Assembly: GCA_900551855.1 (NCBI GenBank)
Contig: URXM01000002.1
Coordinates: forward strand, 192,828 to 256,827
DNA length: 64,000 nt
Reading direction: 5' to 3'
Source of the DNA: an uncultured Eubacteriales bacterium
GTDB lineage: Bacteria > Bacillota > Clostridia > Christensenellales > UBA1242
Positions 31,480-40,197 of this stretch are shown here, piece by piece. The position numbers were made by a program, and so were the translations under genes. Within the stretch, counting starts at the first letter, position 1; each line of letters opens with the position of its first letter. The notes beneath the pieces were generated by a model. It worked only from the letters and a program-made list of their open reading frames with translations. It was not told where the DNA came from and made no database searches.

Positions 31480-32748
31480 ATGAGAAAAAAGATGAAAGAA
31501 AATAGTTTTGGTATTGTTGAAGGGCAAAAAGATACTGTGCCTACTTTAAATGCAGAGCAAGTAAATAATGATTTTTTGAAAATAAAACTTTATGAGACAA
31601 AGTTGAAAAATAATTTGCTTGGAGAATTCTTGCCTAATGGAGAATATAAAATCACTGATGAAAAAATTATTGCTGCTTTGATCAATATTCCTAAAAAATA
31701 TTCCGACAAAAATGAAAGTTTTGTTTATGCTTCAACAATAATAGATAATGTTGTTTTGAATTTTAAGATTGAAATGAATATCTCAGAATCATATTGCAAT
31801 GCAAATTTATCGATAATAGAAGTTGAACATGGAGTTGAAGAAGATATAAAACATGTTACGAGACTGGATAACTTTGTAGATGTTTATTCTCCAAAATTTA
31901 AGGAAAATGTTTATAGGCGTTGGAAAGTTTATTTTGAGGAAGACGTCTATGAAAAAGATGATTTTCTTAAAAATTATTTAAAGAAACTTAATGAAGAGTT
32001 TTTGTTTAATAAAGAATTGACTGCAATACTTTCTCAACTTTATGTTGTAAGAATGCTTAAACTTTTGGGCAGTTGTGGAGAATTGGGAGAAAAGGTAAAA
32101 CTTGAATACAAATTGTTGGTAGAGAAAATTTTAAATAAAGATGCGAGCATTACTCAGGATTATACAAGATTAAAGAATATTCTTGATTATGTCATTATAA
32201 AAAATAAAGCTTTGCCAGTTCTTTTGAAAATCCCAGAGGCATTGGTAATTATGCAAAATTACAGTGCTCCTATTCAAAGGATTAAAGATAAGACTCTTCC
32301 ACCAAGGGTGACAGAAGTTCAAGGACTTCCAGACAAGAAAGAAGAAAAGAAAGAAGAGAAAAAGAAAAGTGCTCCTGCAAAAAAGAAAGCAAAAGCAAAA
32401 AGTAGTAAGAAAGCAAAACCTTATATTTATGATTTCAAAAATTTTAAATCAAGTAGCACAGGAAGTGTAAAAGGGTTTACCTATGGGGCAATAGCCGCAA
32501 AAACTACATCTACGGAAAAACCTGTACAAAAGGAAAAAGAAATAGATGAACCTACAACAGATCAAGGCAAGATAAAATTGACTGAAGAGGAAAAAAAGAT
32601 TATAGAATCTTTAAAGCAGGGAGTTTCAAAGAGAAGTAATAAATATGATCTTTTTAATGAGAGAGAAAACAATAATGTAAAAAGTTTTGATAGCAATGAA
32701 AAACCTGATGTGTTGAAAGACGACTCTCAAACATTGCATTTTAATTAA
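31480..32748 (+). CDS. hypothetical protein with a lysine/alanine-rich histone-H1-like segment
   Basis: 422-aa ORF with no TM segment. The central-to-C-terminal segment reads DKKEEKKEEKKKSAPAKKKAKAKSSKKAKP (about 32335-32421). No family was recognised. Confidence 0.7.
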   Translation: MRKKMKENSFGIVEGQKDTVPTLNAEQVNNDFLKIKLYETKLKNNLLGEFLPNGEYKITDEKIIAALINIPKKYSDKNESFVYASTIIDNVVLNFKIEMNISESYCNANLSIIEVEHGVEEDIKHVTRLDNFVDVYSPKFKENVYRRWKVYFEEDVYEKDDFLKNYLKKLNEEFLFNKELTAILSQLYVVRMLKLLGSCGELGEKVKLEYKLLVEKILNKDASITQDYTRLKNILDYVIIKNKALPVLLKIPEALVIMQNYSAPIQRIKDKTLPPRVTEVQGLPDKKEEKKEEKKKSAPAKKKAKAKSSKKAKPYIYDFKNFKSSSTGSVKGFTYGAIAAKTTSTEKPVQKEKEIDEPTTDQGKIKLTEEEKKIIESLKQGVSKRSNKYDLFNERENNNVKSFDSNEKPDVLKDDSQTLHFN

Positions 32749-32781
32749 AAAAAGAAGTTTAATACTAAACTTCTTTTTTTG
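32747..32781. terminator. bidirectional terminator between convergent genes
   Basis: An A-run, then agaagttta / taaacttct, then a T-run (aaaaaaagaagtttaatactaaacttcttttttt). Confidence 0.6.
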
Positions 32782-32794
32782 TTTTTGATTAAAT

Positions 32795-33289
32795 TTATTT
32801 ATTTGTTTTCTCTCTTTTTTCTAATGAAGAAATTGGAGGATTGATTCCATAAGGTTTTGCTACTTTAATGTTTTCATCAATGCACTCTAACATAGTTTTA
32901 CCAAAACTATTTGCAAGTTCTTGACTTCCTTGAACTTTATCTATTGCTCCAGAATCTACAGCTTTTGTAATTCTATCAAATTCTTCGTTCCAATATTCTG
33001 CATCTGGAATTGAAACAGGAAGGCCTTTTTGTTTCATTTGCAAAATGAAGTCTCCAAATTGTTCATTTAATCTTGAAACGGTAATCAAATATTTATTAAA
33101 GGCTTCTTTTGATTTAAATGCTGTAGCAATAAAAGACAAAAATGGTAAAGATGTATCCAACAAATCACCAGCCCTGTTGCAGCTTTCTACAAAAGTAACA
33201 ATTGGCATTATTTCTCTAACTGATTTCCCATCTTGCAATATACATATTCCTGGATGGCGTGAGTTTGATTTTTCAAGAAGGTATCCCAT
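32795..33289 (-). CDS. hypothetical protein (164 aa)
   Basis: Good RBS (aaggag 7 nt upstream on the minus strand). The protein looks soluble, and no family was recognised. Confidence 0.65.
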   Translation of the reverse strand: MGYLLEKSNSRHPGICILQDGKSVREIMPIVTFVESCNRAGDLLDTSLPFLSFIATAFKSKEAFNKYLITVSRLNEQFGDFILQMKQKGLPVSIPDAEYWNEEFDRITKAVDSGAIDKVQGSQELANSFGKTMLECIDENIKVAKPYGINPPISSLEKREKTNK

Positions 33290-33442
33290 AATTTCTCCTT
33301 TTGTCTTGTTGTTTTATTTTTATTCATTGCAATTATAACATGTTAAAATCGGTTTGTAAATACCCTTTTTAAAATTTTTTGAATAATTGTAAGATACTAC
33401 AACATCATAAAACTAGAATTTTGGAAAGGTTGGGTTTATGTT

Positions 33443-34981
33443 ATGAGCAAATCTAAAAGCAAAAATCATCTTGGTATAAGTGCATTGATATTGCTGGTAA
33501 GTGGACTTGTTTGCAAATCTTTGGGAGCATTGTTTAGGCTTCCTCTTACAAATTTGATCGGGATAGAAGGTATCGGAATTTTTCAACTTATAATGTCTTT
33601 ATATGCTTTTGCTTTGGTGTTGACTTGTGGAGGTATTACAAACTCACTTTCAAAACTTATAAGTGCTTCAAGAGCAAGGGGAGAAATTTCAAAAGTTTCC
33701 ACATATTTGAGAAGAGCGTTGTTTGTTGGAGTTGGAATAGGGTTGATTTTGGGTGTTATATTTCTTGTTTTTGGCAGATACATTTCTTCTTTTCAAGGGT
33801 TTTCCAACAGCAACACTTATTATTTGTTTGTTGTTCTTTTGCCTTTAGGGGCGGGGTTGAGTTCTTTGCGTGGATATTTTCAAGGATACGAAAACATGGT
33901 GCCTACTGCTGTTAGTCAAGTCATTGAACAGGTTTTCAAGTTTGTTTTTGGATTGCTATTTTCCTTTTATTTTGGAAAATTTGGAGTTGAAGAAGGTGTT
34001 TTTGGTGCTTTTTTGGGAATAACATTAAGCGAATTTGTTTCTTTGTTGTATCTTTTTGTTTTGAGATTATACAAAAATAGAAATAACAAAACTCTACAAA
34101 GTTTGAGGCAAATCAAGTTTGCAAGAAAGGAATTTGATAGAGCAAACTTTCCACTTATGTTGTCATCTTCTATTTTGCCTCTGGTAAATGCATTTGATGG
34201 GTTGGTTATAGTCCCAAGGTTGATTAAGTCTGGCATTACAAATGGTCTGGCGACAAAACTTTTTGGTTTGCAAGCTGGCATCGTTGGGGCTATATTGAAT
34301 TTTCCTTTGATCATATCCATAGCAGTGACCACGACTTTGTTGCCAAATATTTCTTATTTGATTTCAAGAGGCTCTGGCGGGAGGCATACCATTGAGAAAG
34401 GATTGAAACTTTTGTTGTTTTTAATACTTCCAACAACTTTTGGAGTTGTCGCAATATCTAAACAGGCATTCATGTTGGTTTATAAAGACATGTCTGGTGC
34501 AATATTGGATACGGCTTTTGATCTTATGTTTTATGGAGCTTTTTCTATTGTTTTTACTGCGATTATGCAATATCTGATAATGTTGCTTCAAGCCAATGGG
34601 GAGTTTAAATTTATTTTGGCAATAACCGCTTTGGGTGGAATTGCAAAAGCAAATTTGTCATTTTTTCTTTCTGCCATTCCGTCTATCAATATCTTTGCGT
34701 TGGTATTTGGAAATATTGCTTTGTCGGCTATTGTTTGTTTGCTGGCTTTGTTGAGACTAAAAAGTTATATAAATTTTGTATTGCCGTTTAGCGATGTCTT
34801 TATGCTACTATTTGCCACTTTCGCAATGTTTTTGACGGTATATACATTTATTAACTGCAATTATTTTTATATAGTTTGGAACATTGCAATAGCTGTTGCA
34901 CTTGGAGTTTTAGTTTATTTTGTTTTGACAATTCCTTTTATTATGAAAATGAAACATATAAAAGAAAGGGTAAAGACATAA
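33443..34981 (+). CDS. MOP-superfamily polysaccharide/lipid II flippase (SpoVB / MurJ-like)
   Basis: 512 aa with ~14 hydrophobic segments. The N-terminus LLVSGLVCKSLGALFRLPLTNLIGIEGIGIFQL is typical of the SpoVB/YabM family, and the gene is followed by hup as in Clostridia. Confidence 0.8.
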   Translation: MSKSKSKNHLGISALILLVSGLVCKSLGALFRLPLTNLIGIEGIGIFQLIMSLYAFALVLTCGGITNSLSKLISASRARGEISKVSTYLRRALFVGVGIGLILGVIFLVFGRYISSFQGFSNSNTYYLFVVLLPLGAGLSSLRGYFQGYENMVPTAVSQVIEQVFKFVFGLLFSFYFGKFGVEEGVFGAFLGITLSEFVSLLYLFVLRLYKNRNNKTLQSLRQIKFARKEFDRANFPLMLSSSILPLVNAFDGLVIVPRLIKSGITNGLATKLFGLQAGIVGAILNFPLIISIAVTTTLLPNISYLISRGSGGRHTIEKGLKLLLFLILPTTFGVVAISKQAFMLVYKDMSGAILDTAFDLMFYGAFSIVFTAIMQYLIMLLQANGEFKFILAITALGGIAKANLSFFLSAIPSINIFALVFGNIALSAIVCLLALLRLKSYINFVLPFSDVFMLLFATFAMFLTVYTFINCNYFYIVWNIAIAVALGVLVYFVLTIPFIMKMKHIKERVKT

Positions 34982-35032
34982 AATTATGTTTAAGTTTTCT
35001 CTTTTTTGTTTATCATTTTTTTGGAGGGAATT

Positions 35033-35308
35033 ATGAACAAAACTGAATTTGTTGATTTAATGTCAAAAAAAACAAATATGCCAAAGACAAAATGCGAATT
35101 GTTTCTTAATGAATTTAAAGAAATGATTTTGGAAGTATGTTCAAAAGGAGAAGAAGTTCACTTAAGAAATTTTGGGAAATTTTCTATGCAGGAGAAAAAA
35201 GCTAGAAAGTTTTTAAATCCTCAAACCAAGAGATACTATATCTGTCAGGCTAAGAAAATGATCAGTTTTAAAGGTTTTAAAAATTTTAAATATGCGGTAA
35301 ACAATTAA
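35033..35308 (+). CDS. hup: HU-family DNA-binding protein
   Basis: MNKTEFVDLMSKKTNMPKTKCELFLNEFKEMI...LRNFGKF...ARKFLNPQT matches the HU/IHF fold pattern. The ATG at 35033 has ggaggg 6 nt upstream. Confidence 0.8.
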   Translation: MNKTEFVDLMSKKTNMPKTKCELFLNEFKEMILEVCSKGEEVHLRNFGKFSMQEKKARKFLNPQTKRYYICQAKKMISFKGFKNFKYAVNN

Positions 35309-35314
35309 GAAAGG

Positions 35315-35336
35315 CACAGAGTGATCTGTGTTTTTT
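35315..35336 (+). terminator. intrinsic terminator after hup
   Basis: cacaga-gtga-tctgtg followed by tttttt. Confidence 0.6.
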
Positions 35337-35392
35337 GTTGTCAATTTGATATTCGTTTGCGTTGCTTATGATTTTTGTGTTATCATAAACCG

Positions 35393-36325
35393 ATGATAAT
35401 TAAAGATATTGATTTTTCTGATAATCCAATTATTCTTGCACCAATGGCAGGAGTCAGCGATGTCGGGTTTAGAGCCTTGGCGTCTTCTTTTGGCGCTGAT
35501 GCTACTGTTACTGAAATGTTGTCAGCGAGAGCAATGGCTCACAATCCTAAAAAAACAGAATATATGACTTTGACAACTGACGAAGAAAAAATTATCATTG
35601 CACAGATTTTTGGGCATGAAGAAGATTACATGCAAATGGCAGTGAAATCGCCATTGTTAAGCAAGTTTCAAGTGTTTGATATAAATATGGGATGTCCTGC
35701 TCCAAAGATTGTTAAAAATGGAGAAGGTGTTGCGTTGATGGATAATTTGCCTTTGGCAAGTAAAATTATTTCAACTTGCAAAAATGCGACAGACAAGTCT
35801 TTGTCTGTGAAATTTAGAAAGGGAAACAAAACAGAAAATTATTTGGAATTTGGGAGAATGTGCGAAGAAAGTGGCGCTGATTATGTGACTTTCCATGCAA
35901 GGACAGCTGGGCAAGGATATAGTGGTCACGCTGACTATGATGCAATTGCTACATTAAAATCAAAGCTGAAAATCCCTGTAATTGGAAACGGAGATGTTGT
36001 AGATCTCAACAGTTTTAAAGAAATGAAAAGTACCGGTGTTGATGGCGTTATGGTTGGACGCGGAGCAATGGGGAAACCTTGGATTTTTGCAGAATTAAAA
36101 GGCAAAAATGTCGAAATAAACAAATTTAAAGTGGTTCAAAAGCATGTTCAAATTTTACGAGAACATTTTGACGAAAATTGGCTTAAACTCTATATAAGAA
36201 AGCACCTTTTATGGTATGCTTCAAACTTGCCAATTACTGCGAGTTTACGCATGAAACTGGCAACTTGCGAGAAAATTGATGACTGTTTGGAAATACTTAA
36301 AAATGCTTTTGATGAATTTTCATAA
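35393..36325 (+). CDS. dusB: tRNA-dihydrouridine synthase
   Basis: LAPMAGVSDVGFR, DINMGCPAPKIVK and VTFHARTAGQGYSGHADY are Dus-family motifs. I prefer the ATG at 35393 over the TTG at 35375. Confidence 0.85.
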   Translation: MIIKDIDFSDNPIILAPMAGVSDVGFRALASSFGADATVTEMLSARAMAHNPKKTEYMTLTTDEEKIIIAQIFGHEEDYMQMAVKSPLLSKFQVFDINMGCPAPKIVKNGEGVALMDNLPLASKIISTCKNATDKSLSVKFRKGNKTENYLEFGRMCEESGADYVTFHARTAGQGYSGHADYDAIATLKSKLKIPVIGNGDVVDLNSFKEMKSTGVDGVMVGRGAMGKPWIFAELKGKNVEINKFKVVQKHVQILREHFDENWLKLYIRKHLLWYASNLPITASLRMKLATCEKIDDCLEILKNAFDEFS

Positions 36326-36409
36326 AAATGTTTTGATTTATTTTACAAATGTTGTAAACTAATATAGTCTAATGTAATAATATAATTTTGTGAGTAAAAA
36401 GGGAAAATA

Positions 36410-37576
36410 ATGAAAAGGACCATTAGAGATTTAAAAAATATTGAAGGTAAACGCGTTCTTTTAAGATGCGATTTTAATGTACCATTGGATAAATATGGAG
36501 ACATCTTGGATGATACTCGTATTGCAGCAGAATTGCCTACTATTGAATACCTTGTAAAAAACAAGGTAAAGCTTATTGTCTGCTCTCATCTTGGCAGACC
36601 TAATGGCTATGACAAATATTTGTCAATGTTCCCTATCGCAGTTTATTTAATGAAACACTTTCCAAACAAGGTTAAATTCTGCAACAAAGTTGTTGGACCA
36701 GAAGTTGACAATGCTGTTGCAAAAATGAAACCTGGCGAAATTATTGTTTTGGAAAATTTGCGTTTCAACAAAGGAGAAGAAGAAAATTCTCCAGAGTTTG
36801 TTGCTGAGCTTGCGAGGCTCGCAGATATATATGTGGATGATGCTTTTGGTGTCGCTCACAGAAAACACGCTTCAAATTATGGCGTAGCTTTGAAACTTCC
36901 AAATGCTATCGGATTTTTGATCGAAAAAGAATTGGCTGTGTTTAAGGAAGCCTTTGAACACACTGCACATCCATTTATTGCTATTTTTGGTGGAGCAAAA
37001 GTTGGAGATAAATTGAATTTGATAAACAATGTTTTGGATAAGGCCGACACAATCATCATTGGTGGTGGTATGGCTTATACATTCTTGCAGGCGCAGGGGT
37101 ATAACATTGGTGACTCGATTGTTTCTCTTGACCAAATTGACAATGCAAAAGAAATTTTGGAAAATGCAAAAGAAAAAGGTGTAAACATTTTGTTGCCTAT
37201 TGACCATGTTGCATTATCAAAAGATAAAGCAATAAAAACAACACAACTTTCTAAAGGAATGGTTGGATTGGATATAGGACCTAAAACCATCAAATTGTTT
37301 ACTGAATACATTATGAAAGCGAAGCAAATTATCTGGAATGGACCTCTTGGAAAATATGAAGATTCTCGCTTTAAAAAAGGTACAATCAAGATTGCAAAAG
37401 CTGTTGCTAGTAGTGGCGCTTATTCTATTGTTGGTGGTGGAGATAGTGTTAGCGCGGTCAAAATAAGTGGGGTTGCAGACAAAATAAATCATCTTTCAAC
37501 AGGTGGCGGAGCAAGCTTGAAACTTATGGAAGGAACAGTTTTGCCTGCAATTGAAGTGATTGACACATTAAGCTAA
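36410..37576 (+). CDS. pgk: phosphoglycerate kinase
   Basis: VLLRCDFNVPLD, SHLGRP and STGGGASL are canonical PGK motifs. Confidence 0.95.
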   Translation: MKRTIRDLKNIEGKRVLLRCDFNVPLDKYGDILDDTRIAAELPTIEYLVKNKVKLIVCSHLGRPNGYDKYLSMFPIAVYLMKHFPNKVKFCNKVVGPEVDNAVAKMKPGEIIVLENLRFNKGEEENSPEFVAELARLADIYVDDAFGVAHRKHASNYGVALKLPNAIGFLIEKELAVFKEAFEHTAHPFIAIFGGAKVGDKLNLINNVLDKADTIIIGGGMAYTFLQAQGYNIGDSIVSLDQIDNAKEILENAKEKGVNILLPIDHVALSKDKAIKTTQLSKGMVGLDIGPKTIKLFTEYIMKAKQIIWNGPLGKYEDSRFKKGTIKIAKAVASSGAYSIVGGGDSVSAVKISGVADKINHLSTGGGASLKLMEGTVLPAIEVIDTLS

Positions 37577-37624
37577 TTGACTTATAAAGCAAAAGAGTTA
37601 AGTTGGGTTTTAAGGAGAAAGAAA

Positions 37625-38374
37625 ATGAAAAAAATAATTATTGGAAATTTTAAAATGAACACGAAACCTAGTGAACTTAAACCTTATGCAATGTCACTTG
37701 CGACAAAAACTAAAGGTTGCAAAAACGATATTGTTATTTGTCCTCCTTACACACATTTGTCGGTGGCAAAAGAATTTTTGACAGGAAGTAATGTTGCATT
37801 TGGTGCACAAAATATTTCTGAAGAAGAAAAAGGTGCTTTCACTGGAGAGATTAGTGCAAGCATGATAAAAGACCTTGGTGCAACTTATGTAATCATTGGG
37901 CACTCTGAAAGACGCTCAAAGTTTAAAGAAACTGACAAACTTATCAATAAAAAAATAAAAACTGCCTTGGCAAATGGGCTTAAAGTCATTTTGTGTATTG
38001 GCGAAAGTTTGCAAACAAGAGAAAGCAGACAGGCTTATGCTTTTATAAAAAAACAACTTGATGACGACTTGAAAGGAATTTACGAAAACGAACTTGATGG
38101 CGTCATTATTGCATACGAGCCTATTTGGGCGATTGGAACTGGGAAAACCGCTACAAACAAAGATATAACAAAAATGGCTGATACAATCAGAAAAGAAATT
38201 GAATACCTATATTCTGAAAAAGCAGGAAAAGATGTTTCAATTGTTTATGGTGGAAGTGTAAACATCAACAATTACAAAAAGATCCTTTCAAACGAATCTA
38301 TCAATGGTGCCTTGATTGGTGGCGCTTGTCTTGATGTTGATGCATTTTCAGTTATTTGCAGAGAGAATTATTAG
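37625..38374 (+). CDS. tpiA: triose-phosphate isomerase
   Basis: IIGNFKMN, IIGHSERR, AYEPIWAIGTG and GGSV are canonical TIM motifs. The ATG at 37625 has aaggag upstream. Confidence 0.95.
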   Translation: MKKIIIGNFKMNTKPSELKPYAMSLATKTKGCKNDIVICPPYTHLSVAKEFLTGSNVAFGAQNISEEEKGAFTGEISASMIKDLGATYVIIGHSERRSKFKETDKLINKKIKTALANGLKVILCIGESLQTRESRQAYAFIKKQLDDDLKGIYENELDGVIIAYEPIWAIGTGKTATNKDITKMADTIRKEIEYLYSEKAGKDVSIVYGGSVNINNYKKILSNESINGALIGGACLDVDAFSVICRENY

Positions 38375-38389
38375 TTTTACGGAGAAAGA

Positions 38390-39493
38390 ATGAACCATAT
38401 TGCACTTTACAGAAAATACCGTCCTAAAAGTTTTGATGAGGTTATTGGACAAGACCATATTACAAAAACTCTTCAAAACCAGATAGAGAATGACCAAATT
38501 GGTCATGCTTATCTTTTTACTGGGACAAGAGGTACAGGGAAAACAAGTGTGGCAAAAATTTTTGCTAAATCTGTAAACTGCCTTAGTCCAATCCACGGCT
38601 CTGCGTGTGGTCAATGTGAAAATTGCAAGAGATTGGAACAAGAAAATGATATAAACATAATTGAAATTGATGCTGCTTCAAACAACAAGGTCGATGATAT
38701 AAGAAACATCAGGGACAAAGTCAAATTTATGCCTGTCGGTGCAAAATACAAAGTTTACATCATCGATGAAGTCCATATGTTGTCTGATAGTGCGTTTAAT
38801 GCTTTGCTTAAAACTTTGGAAGAACCTCCATCTTATGTGATTTTTATTTTGGCAACAACTGAAGTTCATAAACTTCCTCAAACAATACTTTCAAGATGTG
38901 TAAGGTTTGATTTTAGATTGGTTTCAGCAGACCTACTTGCTAAACATTTGGCAAAAATTTTTGACAATGAAAATATCAAATATGATGAAGAAAGTTTAAA
39001 GATTATTGCAAGCGCTGGGGAAGGCAGTGTAAGAGACACTTTGTCTATTGCTGATTCTATTGCTTCATATTGTCAAGGAAATATCACAAAAGAAAAAACA
39101 TTGAGTGTGCTTGGGACAACTGATCACGAACTTATTATCAATTTCTTTGACAAAATTCAAGAAAAAGATGTTGGAGCAATTTTAAGCCTGATTGACAAGA
39201 TTGAAAAAGAAGGGAAAAACTTGGCTGTCTTTTCAAAAGACTTGTCAAAGCACGCAAGAAATCTTTTAGTTTGCAAATCTTGTGAAAATGCAAACGAAAT
39301 CTTAAACTTGACAGATGATGTTTTCAACATGTATCAAGAGCAGTCCAAAAAGTTTGATGAAAAAGATTTGATTCGTTATATGCAAGTGTTCTCAAGTGCA
39401 GAAAGCGAATTGAGATATACATTGTCAGTTAGACTTTTGCTTGAGACAACTTGTCTTACGGCAATTCTTGGTTTTGATGTAAAAAAAAACTGA
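38390..39493 (+). CDS. dnaX: DNA polymerase III gamma/tau subunit, zero-frame product (367 aa, gamma-like)
   Basis: Walker A GTRGTGKT, zinc module CGQCENC, Walker B DEVHML and SRC (LSRCVRF) are all present. The frame ends ...GFDVKKN-TGA immediately after an A9 run. Confidence 0.9.
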   Translation: MNHIALYRKYRPKSFDEVIGQDHITKTLQNQIENDQIGHAYLFTGTRGTGKTSVAKIFAKSVNCLSPIHGSACGQCENCKRLEQENDINIIEIDAASNNKVDDIRNIRDKVKFMPVGAKYKVYIIDEVHMLSDSAFNALLKTLEEPPSYVIFILATTEVHKLPQTILSRCVRFDFRLVSADLLAKHLAKIFDNENIKYDEESLKIIASAGEGSVRDTLSIADSIASYCQGNITKEKTLSVLGTTDHELIINFFDKIQEKDVGAILSLIDKIEKEGKNLAVFSKDLSKHARNLLVCKSCENANEILNLTDDVFNMYQEQSKKFDEKDLIRYMQVFSSAESELRYTLSVRLLLETTCLTAILGFDVKKN

Positions 39494-39828
39494 AAATTGA
39501 AAAAGATATAACAAAACTTTCAGCAAACAATGTTTGGGGCAAAGTTGTTCTTTATTTGAAAGAGCATAAAAAAGTTGCACTGCATGTTGCTTGTGGAGAT
39601 ATCACAAATGCAAAAATTGAAGATGGGAAATTGATTATTCGCTCTAGTGATGACTTTTTGATTGATGTTTTGGAAAACGGTAGAAAGGAAATTGAAAGTG
39701 CGATAAGGTGGCAAGGTCTTGATTTGAGTTTTGTGGTTGTAAAATTTGAAAGCGATGAACAAAAAATAAACAAGGATATCAAAAAAATCGAAAATTTCTT
39801 TGGAAACAAAGTAGAGATTGAAGATTAA
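39490..39828 (+). CDS. dnaX: dnaX C-terminal (tau-like) extension in the -1 frame, reachable only by a shift in the A9 run at 39481-39489
   Basis: The -1 frame is open from 39478 to 39828. Its translation begins LKIEKDITKLSANNVWGKVVLYLKEHKKVALHVACGDITNAKIEDGKLIIRSS and continues DDFLIDVLENGRKEIESAIRWQGLDLSFVVV. That resembles the C-terminal region of Firmicute DnaX. The only candidate start is a TTG at 39556, which has no SD. Confidence 0.6.
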   Translation: MKIEKDITKLSANNVWGKVVLYLKEHKKVALHVACGDITNAKIEDGKLIIRSSDDFLIDVLENGRKEIESAIRWQGLDLSFVVVKFESDEQKINKDIKKIENFFGNKVEIED

Positions 39829-39854
39829 AACAAAAATTTAAAGGAGCAAAAAAA

Positions 39855-40169
39855 ATGGGATACGGTTTTGGTGGTTTCGGTGGCGGAAATATGCAAGCTT
39901 TGATGCGTCAAGCACAAAAGATGCAAGAAGATATGAAAAGAACTCGTGAAGAGATTGACAACACAGAATATACTTCTTCTGTCGGTGGCGGAATGATTGA
40001 AGTTTGTATGTATGGAAACAAAAAAGTTAAAAGTGTGAAAATAAAGAAAGAAGTTGTTGACCCAGATGATGTTGAAATGTTGGAAGATTTGGTAGCAAGT
40101 GCAGTGAATGATTGCTTAAACAAAATCGCCGAAGACGAGAAAAACAAATTGCCAAATTTGGGAATGTAA
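39855..40169 (+). CDS. ybaB: nucleoid-associated protein YbaB/EbfC
   Basis: GNMQALMRQAQKMQEDMKRTREEI...GGGMIEV is the YbaB pattern, and the gene sits in the conserved dnaX-ybaB-recR context. Confidence 0.9.
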   Translation: MGYGFGGFGGGNMQALMRQAQKMQEDMKRTREEIDNTEYTSSVGGGMIEVCMYGNKKVKSVKIKKEVVDPDDVEMLEDLVASAVNDCLNKIAEDEKNKLPNLGM

Positions 40170-40197
40170 TTGACTTCAAAGGGTGTTGAAGAAAAAT

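Noticed and set aside
31075-31527. A 150-aa minus-strand ORF overlapping the DUF1540 gene and the promoter of the 422-aa gene
   Set aside because: It is antisense to a motif-supported gene, has no RBS, and has junk-like F/C/I-rich composition.
37574-37627. pgk and tpiA are in the same reading frame, separated by a single TAA and 16 stop-free codons, which could suggest a read-through PGK-TIM fusion as in Thermotoga
   Set aside because: A good SD (aaggag) and an ATG at 37625 give a normal independent TIM start. Sixteen stop-free codons in a shared frame is easily chance. No read-through context or recoding signal is visible.
39556-39828. The ORF-track call of an independent 90-aa gene starting at TTG 39556
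   Set aside because: There is no SD. The frame is open 78 nt further upstream, back to the dnaX A9 tract, and that upstream part belongs to the same tau-like domain (contains ...NNVWGKVVLYL). It is better explained as the shifted continuation of dnaX.
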